Shown: positions 47,876 to 61,350, counted from the first letter of the whole stretch. The stretch: 62,111 nucleotides of DNA, filler included, from Hausera hauseri (GCA_046269625.1; 11 parts of 11 records of this genome joined end to end with filler, not necessarily neighbours in it), one strand, 5' to 3'. Notes: a model not told the origin generated them from the letters alone. Numbers and translations: made by a program.

Positions 47876-50800
47876 TGTTGAGGAAGATCTCCTCACCGAT
47901 TCGCTAAGCCCTCCAGTGCGATCTCATTTCAAGCACTACATCACCCCCAGGCAAAATGAAGACTATGAAGAAAAAAACAAATAAACGTAGATTATAGTAA
48001 GAAAAGGAAGAGCTTGTACCTATTCGGTCTTGGTACGTGTCAGACTTTGGATTCCATCTGTGAACTTCTCCCTTCTGAAAGTACTAAATGTCACTTGGCG
48101 TGACATGTTAGATATTGCTGGTGCTTGTGTAGTTGTTCGAGGAAGAGATTCTGTGGATTTTGTGGTGTTTTGGGAGGATGCTTCATTAAGAGGTGAAAGT
48201 GGAGAAGAAGCTGAAAATGGAAAAAATCACGCGAAGAAGACAAGACTGCAGATGAAATCGAATCGAGCGATGAAGGTGAAATGAGTAGTGGATGTGCAGG
48301 CGATGACGGTAAAGTAAGTGGTGAAAGAGCAGTGAAGGATGACGGAAGTAAAGAGAACTTATTGTGACGTGAGAGTAATTGCTACGACAGATCAAAATCA
48401 TCGAAGAAATTAGATGATGGCTGAAAGGGAGAGAAGTTAGAGTTAGGATTTGAAACAGAGCTGTTATCCTGGTCATCATCAACGAAGAATGTTGGTTTAA
48501 GATTAGAGATGTGTATATTTTGAGGTCTGTCCTTGCGTAAAATTGTAGCGGTGTGTGTGAAGAAAGGTTAAGTAGTTTATAAGGGCCAACGTATGAGGCC
48601 GAAAACCAGAAGATGACGGATCCTTCAGCCATACAAACTTGGCTAAGTATACGTCCTCTGGAATACATGATTTGTCTTTATTTATAAGGCGGCAAAAGGC
48701 GTTTGAGTTGACATCTACAAAGGGCGACTGTGCCGCACAAATAACTTCATCTGACGGACTTTCATAGAGATTGGAGAGCTCCAATAGGGCACGAATTTGT
48801 GTCCCAAAGAGATTTTCAGCTGGAGCACAACCTGTGGTGGTGGATGGCATGTTACGCCAACCGAGTAAGACGAGAGGAAGAACCGAGGCCCAGTTATGAT
48901 TATTTCTTGCCAAGATTTTTAAGGAAATCTTCATGGTGCGGTGAAATCTCTCAAGAAGACCATTTGCTTTGGGATGGTACGGTGTTGTATGGAAATGTGC
49001 TATCCCAAAGTGCTTTACCACAGATTTAAAAAGATCAGCTTCAAATTGCGGACCCTGGTCCGTTATAATGCCACGTGGTGAATCAAAGCGATTGATACAT
49101 ATTTTGATAAAGGCATCTTCTACCGAGTCGGTATTGGTTGATCCTAGAGGAACGGCTTCCGGCCAGCGAGAAGCGCGATCCATCATGGATAAGATATATT
49201 GATAGCAGTTGTCGCATGGTAAAGGACCGACAATATTTTAATAAACAGTGTCAAAGTGAGATATTCAACGGAAATGGTAAAGTGGTGGTTTGAGGTGTTT
49301 ATGGACCTTATATTGCTGACATGCTACACATCCCTTAATCTAGACCTGTACATCTGTACGCATAGTTGGCCAAAGAACGTGGCGTTGCAGTAAACGAAAT
49401 GTGGCTTTGAACCAGGATGAGGAAGAGAGTGAAAATGAGTGAAAGCTGTCTTTTGTAACGATAGAGCAAGAATGATTTTTACTGGTTGAGTTTGATGTGT
49501 CTTATGCGATGCCATCGATAATCTCAACAGATTTAAAAGCTTGGAGAATATAAGATGATGGCTCATTACTTCTCAGGATTTCACAGCAGAAAATTGGCTG
49601 AACTGTAACTGAGCTGACCGACCGTGACAGAAAGTCTGTTACCAAATTTTCGGTGCCTGAAATATATTTCATAAAAAAACTAAATGTCGACAGGTATGAT
49701 ATATGTCGTTCTTATCTGGGTCATGGCTGTTGTAACGTCATAATATGAAGTAGAGGCTTATGGTCGGTTTGGATTAAAATTTAGCGTGATAGAAGCAAAT
49801 GCTTGAAATGCTTTACGGCTAGAACTATGGCCAGGATATCACACTTCGAATGTTGGGTGTCGACTTTGGTTGCGTGAGTTTCGAGAATAGAATTCTAGTA
49901 GCTCATCGACACCATTGTATATTTAGTGCAATATTGCACCAGTTGCTGTGATGGAGGCATAGGTAGTTAATATTAGTTCCGCGTTGGGTTTTGGAAAATT
50001 AAGGATTTCAACGGTTTTCAGACCTTCACGAAGACAATCAAATTGGTTTACTAGAGCAGGAGCCCAGTGGATTAGTTGTCTTTTCTTCCCGGATGAGAGA
50101 TGTGCGAAAGGTGCCGTTAGTTCGAAGCACTGCGGTACGTATTTGTGTACGAAATGTAGTGTCCCTAGCAAACTCCTCATGTCCTTGGTAGTCCTTGGTA
50201 ACGTCACATTTTTCAACTATTATAAGCAATCCGGCTGGGGGGAATGACCATCGGGAGGAATTATGTGGCCTAAGAAGTTTATGCGTTTCTGGAAGAAATT
50301 GTATTTGGAGAAATTAATTTGCAGGTTGCTTTGATGCCATCTGTGGAAAATAATTCGGAGATGCTCATGATGTTGTTTGATGGAGTTCGAAGCGACTAGT
50401 ATGTCATCTATATATGAATGTGCAAAATCAAGACCTGAGAGTGCGGTGTCAATGTGGCGTTGAAAGGTCTAAGATGCGTTACGTAGGCCGAGAGGCATGA
50501 AAATGTATTCATAAAGGCCAAATGGTGTAATGACAGCAGTTTTTGGAATATCCAAAGGTGCGACAAGAATTTGATGATAGGCCTCGTGCAGATCAATGTA
50601 GAATAGGTATTGGTGTTATTGAGGCTATAAACGATATCTTTAATGAGTGGTAGTGGATAGGCATCTGTAATGAAGAGTAAAAGTCCAAAGTGAATTCGAT
50701 TTTAGAATGATGCCACACTTTTCCAGTTCATTAAATTTCTGTTTCACAGCTTTACTTATGCGTGACGACTAGGGTCTGACCTTTTGTTTGATAAACCTAT

Positions 50801-52923
50801 GATGCTTTGTTAATATGATGATAAGTTGAAGACGGAGATTTGAAATTGGTGTCTCTTTTAATTATGCGAATGCAAGATGTTGTGATGTATGATTTAAGAT
50901 CGTAGTCTACAGATAAGAATGGTTGAGGCATATCATCTGAAAAACAGTTGCAGTAATTGACAAAAAACAACTGACATTGTCACTGTCAACACCCTATTTG
51001 GATTTTTGTTTTAAAGTACACTTGTAATTGTTACTCATAATTGAAGGAATACCGACTTTATCGAACGTTTTGTCAATAGTTGACGAGACGTTCAACATAT
51101 TTACAAAGAAGTGCAAGGAATTTCTCGCTAGATTGTCTGTGAGACAAGTGATTGGATTTGCGATCGAGTTCCTGCGCAGCAAACAGCCGTATTTACAATC
51201 AACCAACAGATCGCGTGCGGCCAAAAAATCTGAGCCGATTATTGGTCAATTTATGTTAGCGATGAAGAACTTCCAAAAAAACTTGTCTTGCAAGTGATGG
51301 AAGGTAAAAGTTAGCTCTGCGGTGCCAACAATACGCAAAGGCTGTCCAATGGCTGTGAAGAGTTGAGACGAAAAAAATTGTTTGATGTGGGAGCAAAAGA
51401 TGGCGATAAAAGGGAAAAAGTGGCTGCAGAGTCAATAAAGAAATTTATATTTGAGGAATTGTAAGAGAAGATTGCAGCTTTTAAAAGGAAGACTGCAGAG
51501 GTAGTATTAAGACGTCCAGAAGAATGCAATGTTTTGCCTATATTAGAGTGTGTCGTGGAATCTGGCGGCGTTATTATTAATTTTTTAAGGATTTGGAGAA
51601 GAAGGAGAAGGGGAGAAAAAAGGAAGAAATTTATTTTGGTAATATTTGCAACCAGGCACACATAAGCTGGCCCGTGACTGGTACTTATTGTGGTAGATGC
51701 AAATAGGGTTGTCCACAGCGTATCGTTCGCTGTAGAATCGGCCGCTCAAGAAACATTTCCTTGCATCCTTTCGAAACCTCGTATGATAGAAACACGCGAT
51801 GCGTCCTCCAGGTGAAATGGATCGCGTGTAGTGTCTTGAAGTGCTTCGCTCCCTTGAAGGTCTGGTTTCACTTTGCCTAAGCCCATTAAAATTTTTCAGT
51901 TGGATGATAATGGACGAAATTGACTGCTGTAATGTATCAAATTGTTGTTGCATCATTTGCAATTGTTGAGTGAAGAATGTTGTGTCTATAGCTGGCGCAT
52001 GTGTGGTCGCAGCCGCAATTGGGAGAGAATTATTTGTATAGTGGATTTCAAAGGACTTATCAGCCATTATGGTCAGTTTTTAACAGAAGTAGACTCGTCA
52101 ACGGCAGTAAGCAAGGCTCTGATTGAGGTGGGCAAAAACGACAAAAAATAATGGCGAATTAAGTCCGCGTTATTCGGAGGAGTAACTCCTAAGGAACTCA
52201 GTTGAGAAATTGCGGTTTTAAGGAAATCAGACGGCTTTTGAGTTGCAATAGCATGCTCATTAAAGTATTTTTGTATTATGTTGTCAATTGAAGGATCGGT
52301 AATATGTAGGACCGATTCATAGAGCATGTCGTATGGAGTCGAAGAAGTGAGTATCTCTGAAAGATTGGTAATCTTTTGCTTTATTTGTGATGGAAACAGT
52401 AGTAGCAGACTGTTAGCGCACAGAAAAGAATCGTTGATATGGTTCGCTTTGAGCCATTGTAAATGAAATTGTAGCCAGATAAGGCTGGAATTGGTCTTGT
52501 CTAGAAAGAAATCTACACAAGGAAGGTTGAGGGAGGCAAGTGGTGTAGATTCAGCAGGACGACGACCAGATCTAGTCTTGATGTGGTTTTCAGCATAAGA
52601 AGGATCGTGGTCCGATCCACCTCGGATACGAAAGTGGAGAATAGGTGGATGATTGGAGAAAAAGGAAGAAAGTCGATCACAGACGTTAAGGATAGACCCA
52701 TGATGCGATAGATAAAAGTCTGAGGTGTTAAGCAAGAAGGATAAATGTGTGTAAAGACATTGTGTAGTCTCCCTGTGGGTTGCACTGAGTGTATACATGT
52801 GCTTATGGTTAGAAAAAATAAAAAGGGAAAGGGGACGTAATGCAGCGGTGGCGGGCACGCTCGGTTTCTCAGCCAGACCATTCCTTGGTTGCGCGTTCAG
52901 TTTAGGTAAAACGTCCTCTAACA
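47876..52923 (-). mobile_element. Near full-length, decayed CsRn1/Kabuki-type Ty3/Gypsy element with atypical termini
   Basis: gag 52073-52750 (PYDMLYESVL, QKPSDFL); two CxYH-type Cys/His motifs at about 51650-51800; protease FFIDSAATFSLL; RT remnants (DAYPLPLI, YIDDILVAS); RNase H; integrase [38 protein letters not shown] at 47941-47951. Confidence 0.9.
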
Positions 52924-53030
52924 TTTCATTNNNNNNNNNNNNNNNNNNNNNNNNNNNNNNNNNNNNNNNNNNNNTTAATTAATTAANNNNNNNNNNNNNN
53001 NNNNNNNNNNNNNNNNNNNNNNNNNNNNNN

Positions 53031-56000
53031 AATCAAGCATTTCAAAGAATAGAGTTAAGCCTTTTAGAATATAGAATAAAGCATTCAAAGAACAGAATCA
53101 AGAACTTCAAAATTATAGAATCAAGCATTTCAAGGAATAGAATCAAGCGTTTCAATGAATGTAATCAAGCATTGCAAAGAATAGAGTCAACCGCTTTAAA
53201 AAATAGAATCAGGGCTTTCAAAGAACAGAATCAAGAACTTTAAAATCTTAGGATCAAGAATTTCAAAGAATAGAATCAAGCCTCTCAAAGTGTAGAATCA
53301 AGCATTTCAAAAAATAGAATCATGCGCTTTAAAATATAAAATGAAGCGTTCCAAACAATAGAATGAAATATTTTAAAGTATAGAGTCAAACATTTCGAAT
53401 AAATAATTCAAGCATTTCAAAGAATAGAATCAAGTATTTCAAAGAATAGAATCAAGCGTTTCAAAGAATAGAATCAAGCTTTCAAAAGAAAAGAATGAAG
53501 TATTTGAAAGAATAGAGTCAAGCATTTCAAAGAAGTGAATTAAGCATTTCAAAGAATTGAATCGAGCATTTCGTAGTATAGAATCAAGAGTTTCAAAGAA
53601 TAGAATCAAGAGTTTCAGTGAATCGAATCTAGCGTTTCAAACTATAGAATAAAGTATTTCAAAGAATAGAGTCAAGCGTTTTACAAAATAGAATCAAGGC
53701 TTTCAAACAAGAGAATCAAGAACTTCAAAATTATAGAATAAAGCCTTTCAAAGAATAGAATTAAGCGTTTCGAAGCATGGAAACAAGCATTTTAAAAAAT
53801 CCATTCTATCGTTTCAAAGAATAGAATAAAGGCTTACAAAGAGCAGAATCCGTAGTATGAACAAATAGAATCAAGCGCCTCAAAGAATAGAATCAAGACT
53901 TTCAAAGAATTGCATGTAGCGTTTCAAACAATAGAATAAAGCATTTCAAAGATTAGAATCAAGCGTTTTAAAAAATAGAATCAAGCCTTTCAAAGAATAG
54001 AATCAAGCGCTTGAAAGTATAGAATCAAGCATTTCAAAAAATAGAATCAAACATTTCGAATAAATGATTCAAGCAATTCAAAGAAAAGAATCAAGGGTTG
54101 GGAAGAATTGAATCAAGTTTTTGAAAGAATAAAATCAAGAATTTCAAAGAATAGAATAAAGCATTTCAAAAAATAGAAACCAGCATTTCAAGGAAGTGAA
54201 ACAGGCGATTCAAAGTTTTATATCAAGTGTTTCAATGTATAGATTAAAGCATTTCAAAGAATAAAAACAATCGTTTCAAAGAAGAGAATCAAGGGTTTCA
54301 AATAATTGAATCAAGTTTTTTAAAGAATAGAATCAAGCAGTTCAAAGAATACAAGAAGCGCTTATAAGAATAGAATCAAGTATAGCAAGGAATAGATTGA
54401 AGCATTTCAAATAATAGAATCAAGCATTTCAAAGATTAGAAACAAGGGTACCAACGAATAGAATCATGCATTTTAAAGAAGAGAATCAAGCACTTCAAAG
54501 AATAGAAACAAGCGCAGCAAAGAATAGAATCAAGCATTTTTAAGAATAGAATCAAGCATTTCAAAAAATCGAATCAAACATTTCAAAAAGTAATATCAAG
54601 CGTTTCAAAGAATAGAATCAAGCATTTCGAAGAATAGAATTTATCGTTTCAAAGAATGGAATCAAGCGTTTCAAAGAATAGAAAAAAGTGTTTCAAAGTA
54701 TAGAATCAAGCATTTCAAAAAGTAGAATGAAGCTTTTCAAACAATAGAATTAAGCATTTCAAAGAATAGAATAAAGCGTTTCAAAGTATAGAATCAAGCA
54801 TTTCGAATAATTGAACCAAAGTTTCAAAAAATTGAATAAAGTGTATCAAATAATGGAGTCAAGCATTTCGAAGAGTAGAAACAAGGTTTTCAAAGAATAG
54901 AATCAAGCATTTCAAAGAAGAGAAAGAAGCAATTCAAAGTATTATAACAAGCGTTTCAATGTATAGAATCAAGCATTTCAAAGAGTAGGAAGAAGAGTTT
55001 GAAAGAATAGAATCAAGCATTTCGAAGAAGAGAATAAAGCATTTCGAATATATGGATCAAGCATTTCAAGGAATAGAATCAAGCATTTCAAGAAATGGAA
55101 ACAAACTTTTCAATGGATAGAATCAAGGATTCCAAATAAATGAATCAAGCGTTTTAAAGTATATACAATCAAGGGTTTCGAAAATAAAATCAAATATTGA
55201 AGAACAGAAACAAGCGTTTCAAAGAATAGAATCAAGTGTTTCAGAGAATGGAATCAAGCATTTCAAAGAATAGTATCAAGGTTTTCAAAGAATAGAATCA
55301 AGCGTTTCAAAGAATAGAATCAGGCATTTCAAAGAGTAGAATGAAGCATTTCAAAAAATACAACAAGCTTTTATAAGAATACATTTAAGCATTGCAAAGA
55401 ATAGATTCAAGCACTTCGAACAATAGAATCAAGCATTTCAAATAGTAGAAACAAGGGTATCAAGGAATAAAATCAAGCATTATGAAAAACGGAATAAGGC
55501 ATTTCGAATAAATGAATCAAGCATTTTAAAGTATATATAATCGAGCGTTTCAAGGAATAGAATCAAGCATTTCAAAGAGCAGAAACAAGCGTTTCAAAGA
55601 ATAGAATCAAGAATTTGAAATAAATGAATCAAGCGTTTTAAAGTTTATATGATCAAACGTTTCAAAAATAGAATAAAGCATTTCAAAGAAGAAATTCAAG
55701 ATTTTCAATTGATAGAATGAAGGATTTCAAATAAAGAAATGTAACGATTCAAAGTATATATAATCAGGAGTTTCAAAGAATATAATCAAGCATTTCAAAG
55801 ATCAGAAAGAAGCGTTTCAAAGAATGGAATCTACCGTTTTAAAGAATGGAATCAAGTGTTTCAAAGAATAGAATCAAACGTTTCAATTAATTGAATAAAG
55901 TATTTCAAAGAATAGAATCAAGCATTTTAAAGAATAGATTCAACCATTTCAAATAAAAGAATCAAGCATTTCGAAGAAGAGTCTAATGCACTTGGAATAA

Positions 56001-57112
56001 TTGGATAAGCGTTTCAAAGAATAGAATCAAGAATTTTATGGAATGGAAACAAGCGTTTCAATGGGTAGAATCAAGGATTTCAAATAAATGAATCAAGCGT
56101 TTTAAAGTATATATAATTAAGCGTTTCAAAAATACAAAAAAGCATTTTAGAGCTCAGAAAGTAGCCTATTGAAGTACATAATCAAGCATTTCAATGTATA
56201 GAATCAAGCATTTCAATGAATAAAACCAAACGTTTCAAAGAATACAATCAAGCGTTTCAAAGAATAGTATCAAGCATTACAAAGAATAGAATAAAACATT
56301 TCGTGTAAATGGATCAAGCCTTTCAAAGAATAGAATCAACATTTCGAAGAATAGAAGAAATTTGCTCAAAGAATAGAATGAAGCATTTGAAAGAATAGAA
56401 TAAAGCGTTTTAAAAAATAGAACGAAGGCACTCAAAGCATATAATCAGGGGTTTCAAAGAATAAAATCAAGCATTCGAAAGAATAAAATCAAGCGTTTCA
56501 AATAATAGATTCAAGGGCTTCAAAGAATTGAACCAATTGTTTGAAAGAATAGAATGAATCATTTCAATGAACAGAAGCAAGCGTTTCAAAGACTGGAATC
56601 AAGCATTTCGACGAATGGAATCAAGCATTTCAAATAAATGTATCAAACTTATCAAGGAATACAGTCAGGCATTTCAAAGAATAGAATCAAGCATTTCAAA
56701 AAAAAGAAACAAGAGTTTCAAAGAACAGAATCAAGCTTTTAAAGGAACAGACTCAAGCACTTCAAAAACTGAATCAAGTGTTTCAAAGAATAGAATCAAG
56801 TATTTCAAAGAATAGAAAGAAACGTTTCCAAGAGCAGAATGAAGCATTTCAAAGAAGGGAATCAAGCATTTCATCGAACATAAACAAGCGATTCAAAGAA
56901 TATAATGAAACGTTTAAAATTATTGAATCAAGTGTTTCAAAGAATTGTATCAAGTGTTTCAAAGTATAGAATCAAGTATTTCAAAGAATAGAATGAAGCA
57001 TTTCAAAGATTAGAAAGAAGCGTTTCAAATAATAGAATCAAGCATTTCAAAGAATAGAGTTAAGCCTTTTAGAATATAGAATAAAGCATTCAAAGAACAG
57101 AATCAAGAACTT
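53031..57112 (+). repeat. 22-bp satellite array, consensus GAATAGAATCAAGCATTTCAAA, filling the whole contig
   Basis: About 185 diverged tandem monomers. The first 77 nt (53031-53107) are identical to the last 77 nt (57036-57112). Confidence 0.97.
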
Positions 57113-57212
57113 NNNNNNNNNNNNNNNNNNNNNNNNNNNNNNNNNNNNNNNNNNNNTTAATTAATTAANNNNNNNNNNNNNNNNNNNNNNNNNNNNNNNN
57201 NNNNNNNNNNNN

Positions 57213-60200
57213 TAACTTGGCGTCGACTTCTGTCTGATTTCTGAAACTGACCACTATGCATCCTAATGCCATCAACAACCGATTTTGGTCACATTCCTTT
57301 CATAGTCGTGTCCGTGCTTTATTTAAACCTCCTTTCGGTTTATATTTCTGTAATAATCTCGTAATTTGTGATGAGAAGTTTCTAGCAGTTTCTGTTATGG
57401 GCTGTAATGGAACTGTAGTAATTATTGTTATCTTCTTGAGTTAATTTGGATTAGCTTTCTTGATTAATTGTTCTAGTAGTTCATGAGTTGTTAATCTTAC
57501 CTTCGGTATATCTGTCTCATTTTGATCCGATGTTCTTGTAGCAGGATTCCATTCTTGTTCATTTTCATCATCACTAATAGTGAATTGTTGGAAGTTATTA
57601 TATAATATATCTTCTAACATTTTCTATTGTTCCCTACGTTTTCGCGGCAAAGATCTTTTTTTCTGTGCCTTTTTGGATTTTCCTCTTTGGGGTTTTTTTT
57701 GTCATCGCTTATTGGTTTAAAATCACATTTGCGTGGTTTTTCTCCCTTTTTCTTAGTACCAAATTCCATAATAATCTGATGAATCTTTCCGGTAAGGAGT
57801 CCATAATCTACAACATAGTCATTATCAACGGTTAATAAACATCAGTTTTTGCTATTATATTAGTTTCTAAATCTAATTCATCTAATGCTTTCCTTCGAAG
57901 ATCTGTGAATTTAGTGAACATTCCTTCCGTTACTTTGATTAATTGTTCCCGCTTATTGGTTTTAATTTCTTTGATTATAATATATGGTTGTTTTCGTCTG
58001 TGTTTTTGTCTTAGGTCTCTTCTAAGAGTTATAAGTAACTTTCTTGCGGCAAAAATGCAGAATACGTCATCCTTTGTTAGTGGCAGGAGTAATAATGCAC
58101 AATCTATTCGATTAGTTAATTGTAGTGATTCATATTGTCGTAAAGCATTCCACACTTCATTAGGTGCTAAATCAGCCATTTGTAATTTAGCTTTAATTAT
58201 TTCAGTTACTGATTCTAGAGGTTTGTCGTATACTATAGAACCTGGTGGAATGTTCACCTCCGTAATATCTTTTGGATTTTTGATTGGTGATAGTGTAACC
58301 TCAGGATACTGCATGTCATTCGTTGTAGGTATGAGTTCGTCGTTTTCTAAAATGTCAAACACTTCGTCTTCATCTACCACTTGTGGTTCCCTTTTGGATA
58401 TACTTGGTTGTATTGAATTCCAAATATTTTCGAGTAATGCCGGTCGTTGGAGTGGAACCTTGGATTGAGGGAGTGGTGTAACTAATCTGTCATTATAAGG
58501 TTCTATCAACTCTCCAGTTGGTCTTGTTCTGATGAGTTCATGTGAATACTGATCGGAGTGTATATCGAGATGTCTCTGAGCAACTGGTTCTATTACTGGA
58601 GTTGCTCTTGCTTCATCGGTTTTTTCAAGTTTTCATATTTCTGGAAAGGCTATTCTTTATGTTTTCTGGCTTTCTATTATCCATGGTATATTATATTCTA
58701 CTAAAACTGTTTTTAAGCATTCATCTAGATATCTTTGCGCCATAATTTCTGAGTTATGACCATGGTATAGGTCTAAACATTTGTAGGTTCTGTTGGTTTT
58801 TTTCCATATCGTAGATGGAAGTTAGATTTCTTGGGTTTATCTTCAACTTATTCAGTAGTTCTGGCAATTGGCGTCCGGTGATAATTTTTCCTGGTAAATA
58901 TTTATTCATGAATTCACTCACCGATTCTTGTCGTTGGGGGTTGAATCCTCTACTATATTCGGTGTACTATGTAGTATCTGGTATGTTTGGATACACATGA
59001 ATATTAAGAATTGTTTTCGCTTCTAAATTTTTGGCCGTAACTTGAGTTAGTCCTTTCTGGTCTCCTTTGGCTATGCATCTGCCTGTAGGTATTATTTCTC
59101 CGTTCTGTGTTACAGGTTCATCCACCATTAATACGGGTGTTTCCTTAAGCAATTGTATTAAGTATATCGGGCAGTTATCCAAAGGTTAAATCTGGCAATC
59201 TCCTTTGTAGGCATAATTAAGAAGTATCTTAATTTCTTTGGAATCGATCACCGTGTTATTGTTGATTTGTAACCCAGCTTCTGCCTGATTAGTAATTGTA
59301 GCACATGGCGGGTCGTTTATTTTAATCTGGATATCGATATTCTTTAGATAGACTTTATCAATACCTTCCATACAAATTGCTCCTTGTTTGGCAATATCTG
59401 CAAACTCCAATCTGTTAGATTTCTTGTCATTGAATATTTTATCCCAATTTTGAACTATATCTATATCCATACGCTGTGGTGTTGCTTCTGGAATCATAGT
59501 AGTGTTACATTTTATCTCATGTTGTGGATGTCTATCATCTTTAAATAAGGGTCTGCTTGGAAAAATATAATATGGAGATCCCTGGCGGTTAAGTTTAATT
59601 TTGAATTCTTGTCGTAGGTTGATTAATCGCTGTGATAATATGCCTTCTCTTTTCCATTGGCAATTTGGTAAGTTGAAGTTCTGATCTGTACTAAACGTAT
59701 CAAAGATATCTGTTTCCTTTAACTGTATCTGCTTAAATAACCATGGTAAATCTATTCTAACAATAAGTTTTCCACAGTGTAGCTGTCTAAGGTTTTCGGA
59801 GCATTTCTCTTTTTCTAGGTATACGTTTTCTAACTCAACTGTCAAATCACATTCGATGTTCTATATTCTTACTCAATTGATTTCTGGTTCCTGTTCGTCT
59901 TCGATAGTTTTTTTCTACAGCTACAAATGTTAAAAGTCTTTCTCTATTTGATTATTATTATAGTCTCTGGGTGATTGATTATAGCTTTCTCTTTCTGCAA
60001 TGTTGCTTCTCTGCAATGCATAATTGCCTTGCCGATTAGGGCTTTGACTTCTCAAAGGGTCTCTGCAAGGTGAGTTGCTACGATTTGGTACATCTGGCCT
60101 TACTAATAATCGTGTCGTAGCTACTGCTGCGATCTGTGTTTGATTAGTCCATACAGGTGTTTCATCTATCCGCGTTGCCATTCATCGGGAATGTTCCATC

Positions 60201-61350
60201 AACTCGTTAATATTATTTGCTGTGTGGAATTTGACTCCTTCTCGTAAAAGTGGTAAAAGTCCAAGTATAAATTGTCTCATGATCATAGCTCCGAAGGCTT
60301 GTGCATTCCGGCCAAAGTATCTATTCATTGCTGTTTTAAATCTATTGATGTATGTCAAGACTTCTTTATTTGGTTTTTGTTTACAGTTTTGAAATTTTAA
60401 ATATCGATTTTTTTGTTTATTAACCTGTTGATTTTGTAAGATTCTTTTTCGATGTTGCGTCCAATTTTGATCGATACGTCTAGGTAAACGTGTTATTGCC
60501 ATCCTTAGATCATTATTTACATGAACTGGTAAAAGAGATATTTTTTTGCGTCATCCCAATGCATGGCGGTTGCTAACGAATCGTATTCATCTAAAAAGTC
60601 CTCTAAGTCTGATACTCGCCCTTCATGTGGTTGAAGGCGAGGAAGCATTTGGTATTTCTCTTCTCTTCTCCCTTCATTAAAGTTTAGTAGGCCATAACCG
60701 GCAGTATTATTTAGATCACAGTTACGCTCATCATGATGAGCCAACGGCTCTCGGTTTTTCCTTAGCGGCTCCATGTTGTTGCTATCGGTGTCAGAGGTTT
60801 CACAAGGAAAGGAACTTAGTTCCACTGAAAATTCTGGTAAATGTACTTCTTCCTGTCGTCCATTTAGTCGAGTTATCAATTTCTCTGCTCTTACTTGTTC
60901 GAGGCGTTCATTCAGTTGACTTATATCTCGGGCTAACTTTTCTGTTTTAGTTCTAGTATGATTGTTTTCCACTTGTACTTGTTCTTGCTGGCACACTATA
61001 ATTGCTACTTGATTTTGCATTCCATTTAACCTTTGATTCGCTTGTCTTTCGTTACTATCAATATGTTCTCTATGTCTATGTATTGTCAACAGTCTCTTGT
61101 TGTAAATTATGCATTTGTCTAGTATGGGCATTTATATTTTGTATAAGTTGGTCATTTCTCTCTTACAATTCGTTTAAACTTATGTTACTATCATTCACTT
61201 TTTGTTCTATCTGTGTAGTTCTTTCTTCGACTCTGTCTAGTCTTATACCATTATTCTTGATACTTGTCTCTATTGTGAAAATTTCTTCTTTATCGGGGTA
61301 TATCTTGTATCTCTCTAATTAACTGTCAAATGCTAACATCCGTCTGATTC
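57213..61350 (-). pseudogene. gag: Decayed gag plus unknown accessory ORFs of another large LTR retrotransposon
   Basis: Coiled-coil N-terminus; LQPHEGRVSDLEDFLDEYDSLATAMHWDDAKKYLFY; CKQKPNKEVLTYINRFKTAMNRYFG...QFILGLLPLLREGV. More than 2.5 kb of same-strand non-pol ORFs follow (59186-59845, 58967-59182, 57832-58509). Confidence 0.75.

Noticed and set aside
53031-57112. Possible CRISPR-like array or repetitive protein (ORFs 56567-56815 and 56778-56969)
   Set aside because: Monomers are head-to-tail without unique spacers, and the 22-nt period is not a multiple of three; the ORFs are chance products of the satellite.
4401-57212. Regularly recurring TTAATTAATTAA motif flanked by N runs
   Set aside because: Artificial contig linker with six-frame stops; not biological. 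Adjacency across it, such as the integrase contig at 30149-35109 next to the env-pol contig, carries no information.
57905-58468. Antisense ORFs overlapping longer ORFs (also 5871-7588, 35859-36236, 40059-40760)
   Set aside because: Shadow frames of coding sequence on the other strand, with no independent motifs.
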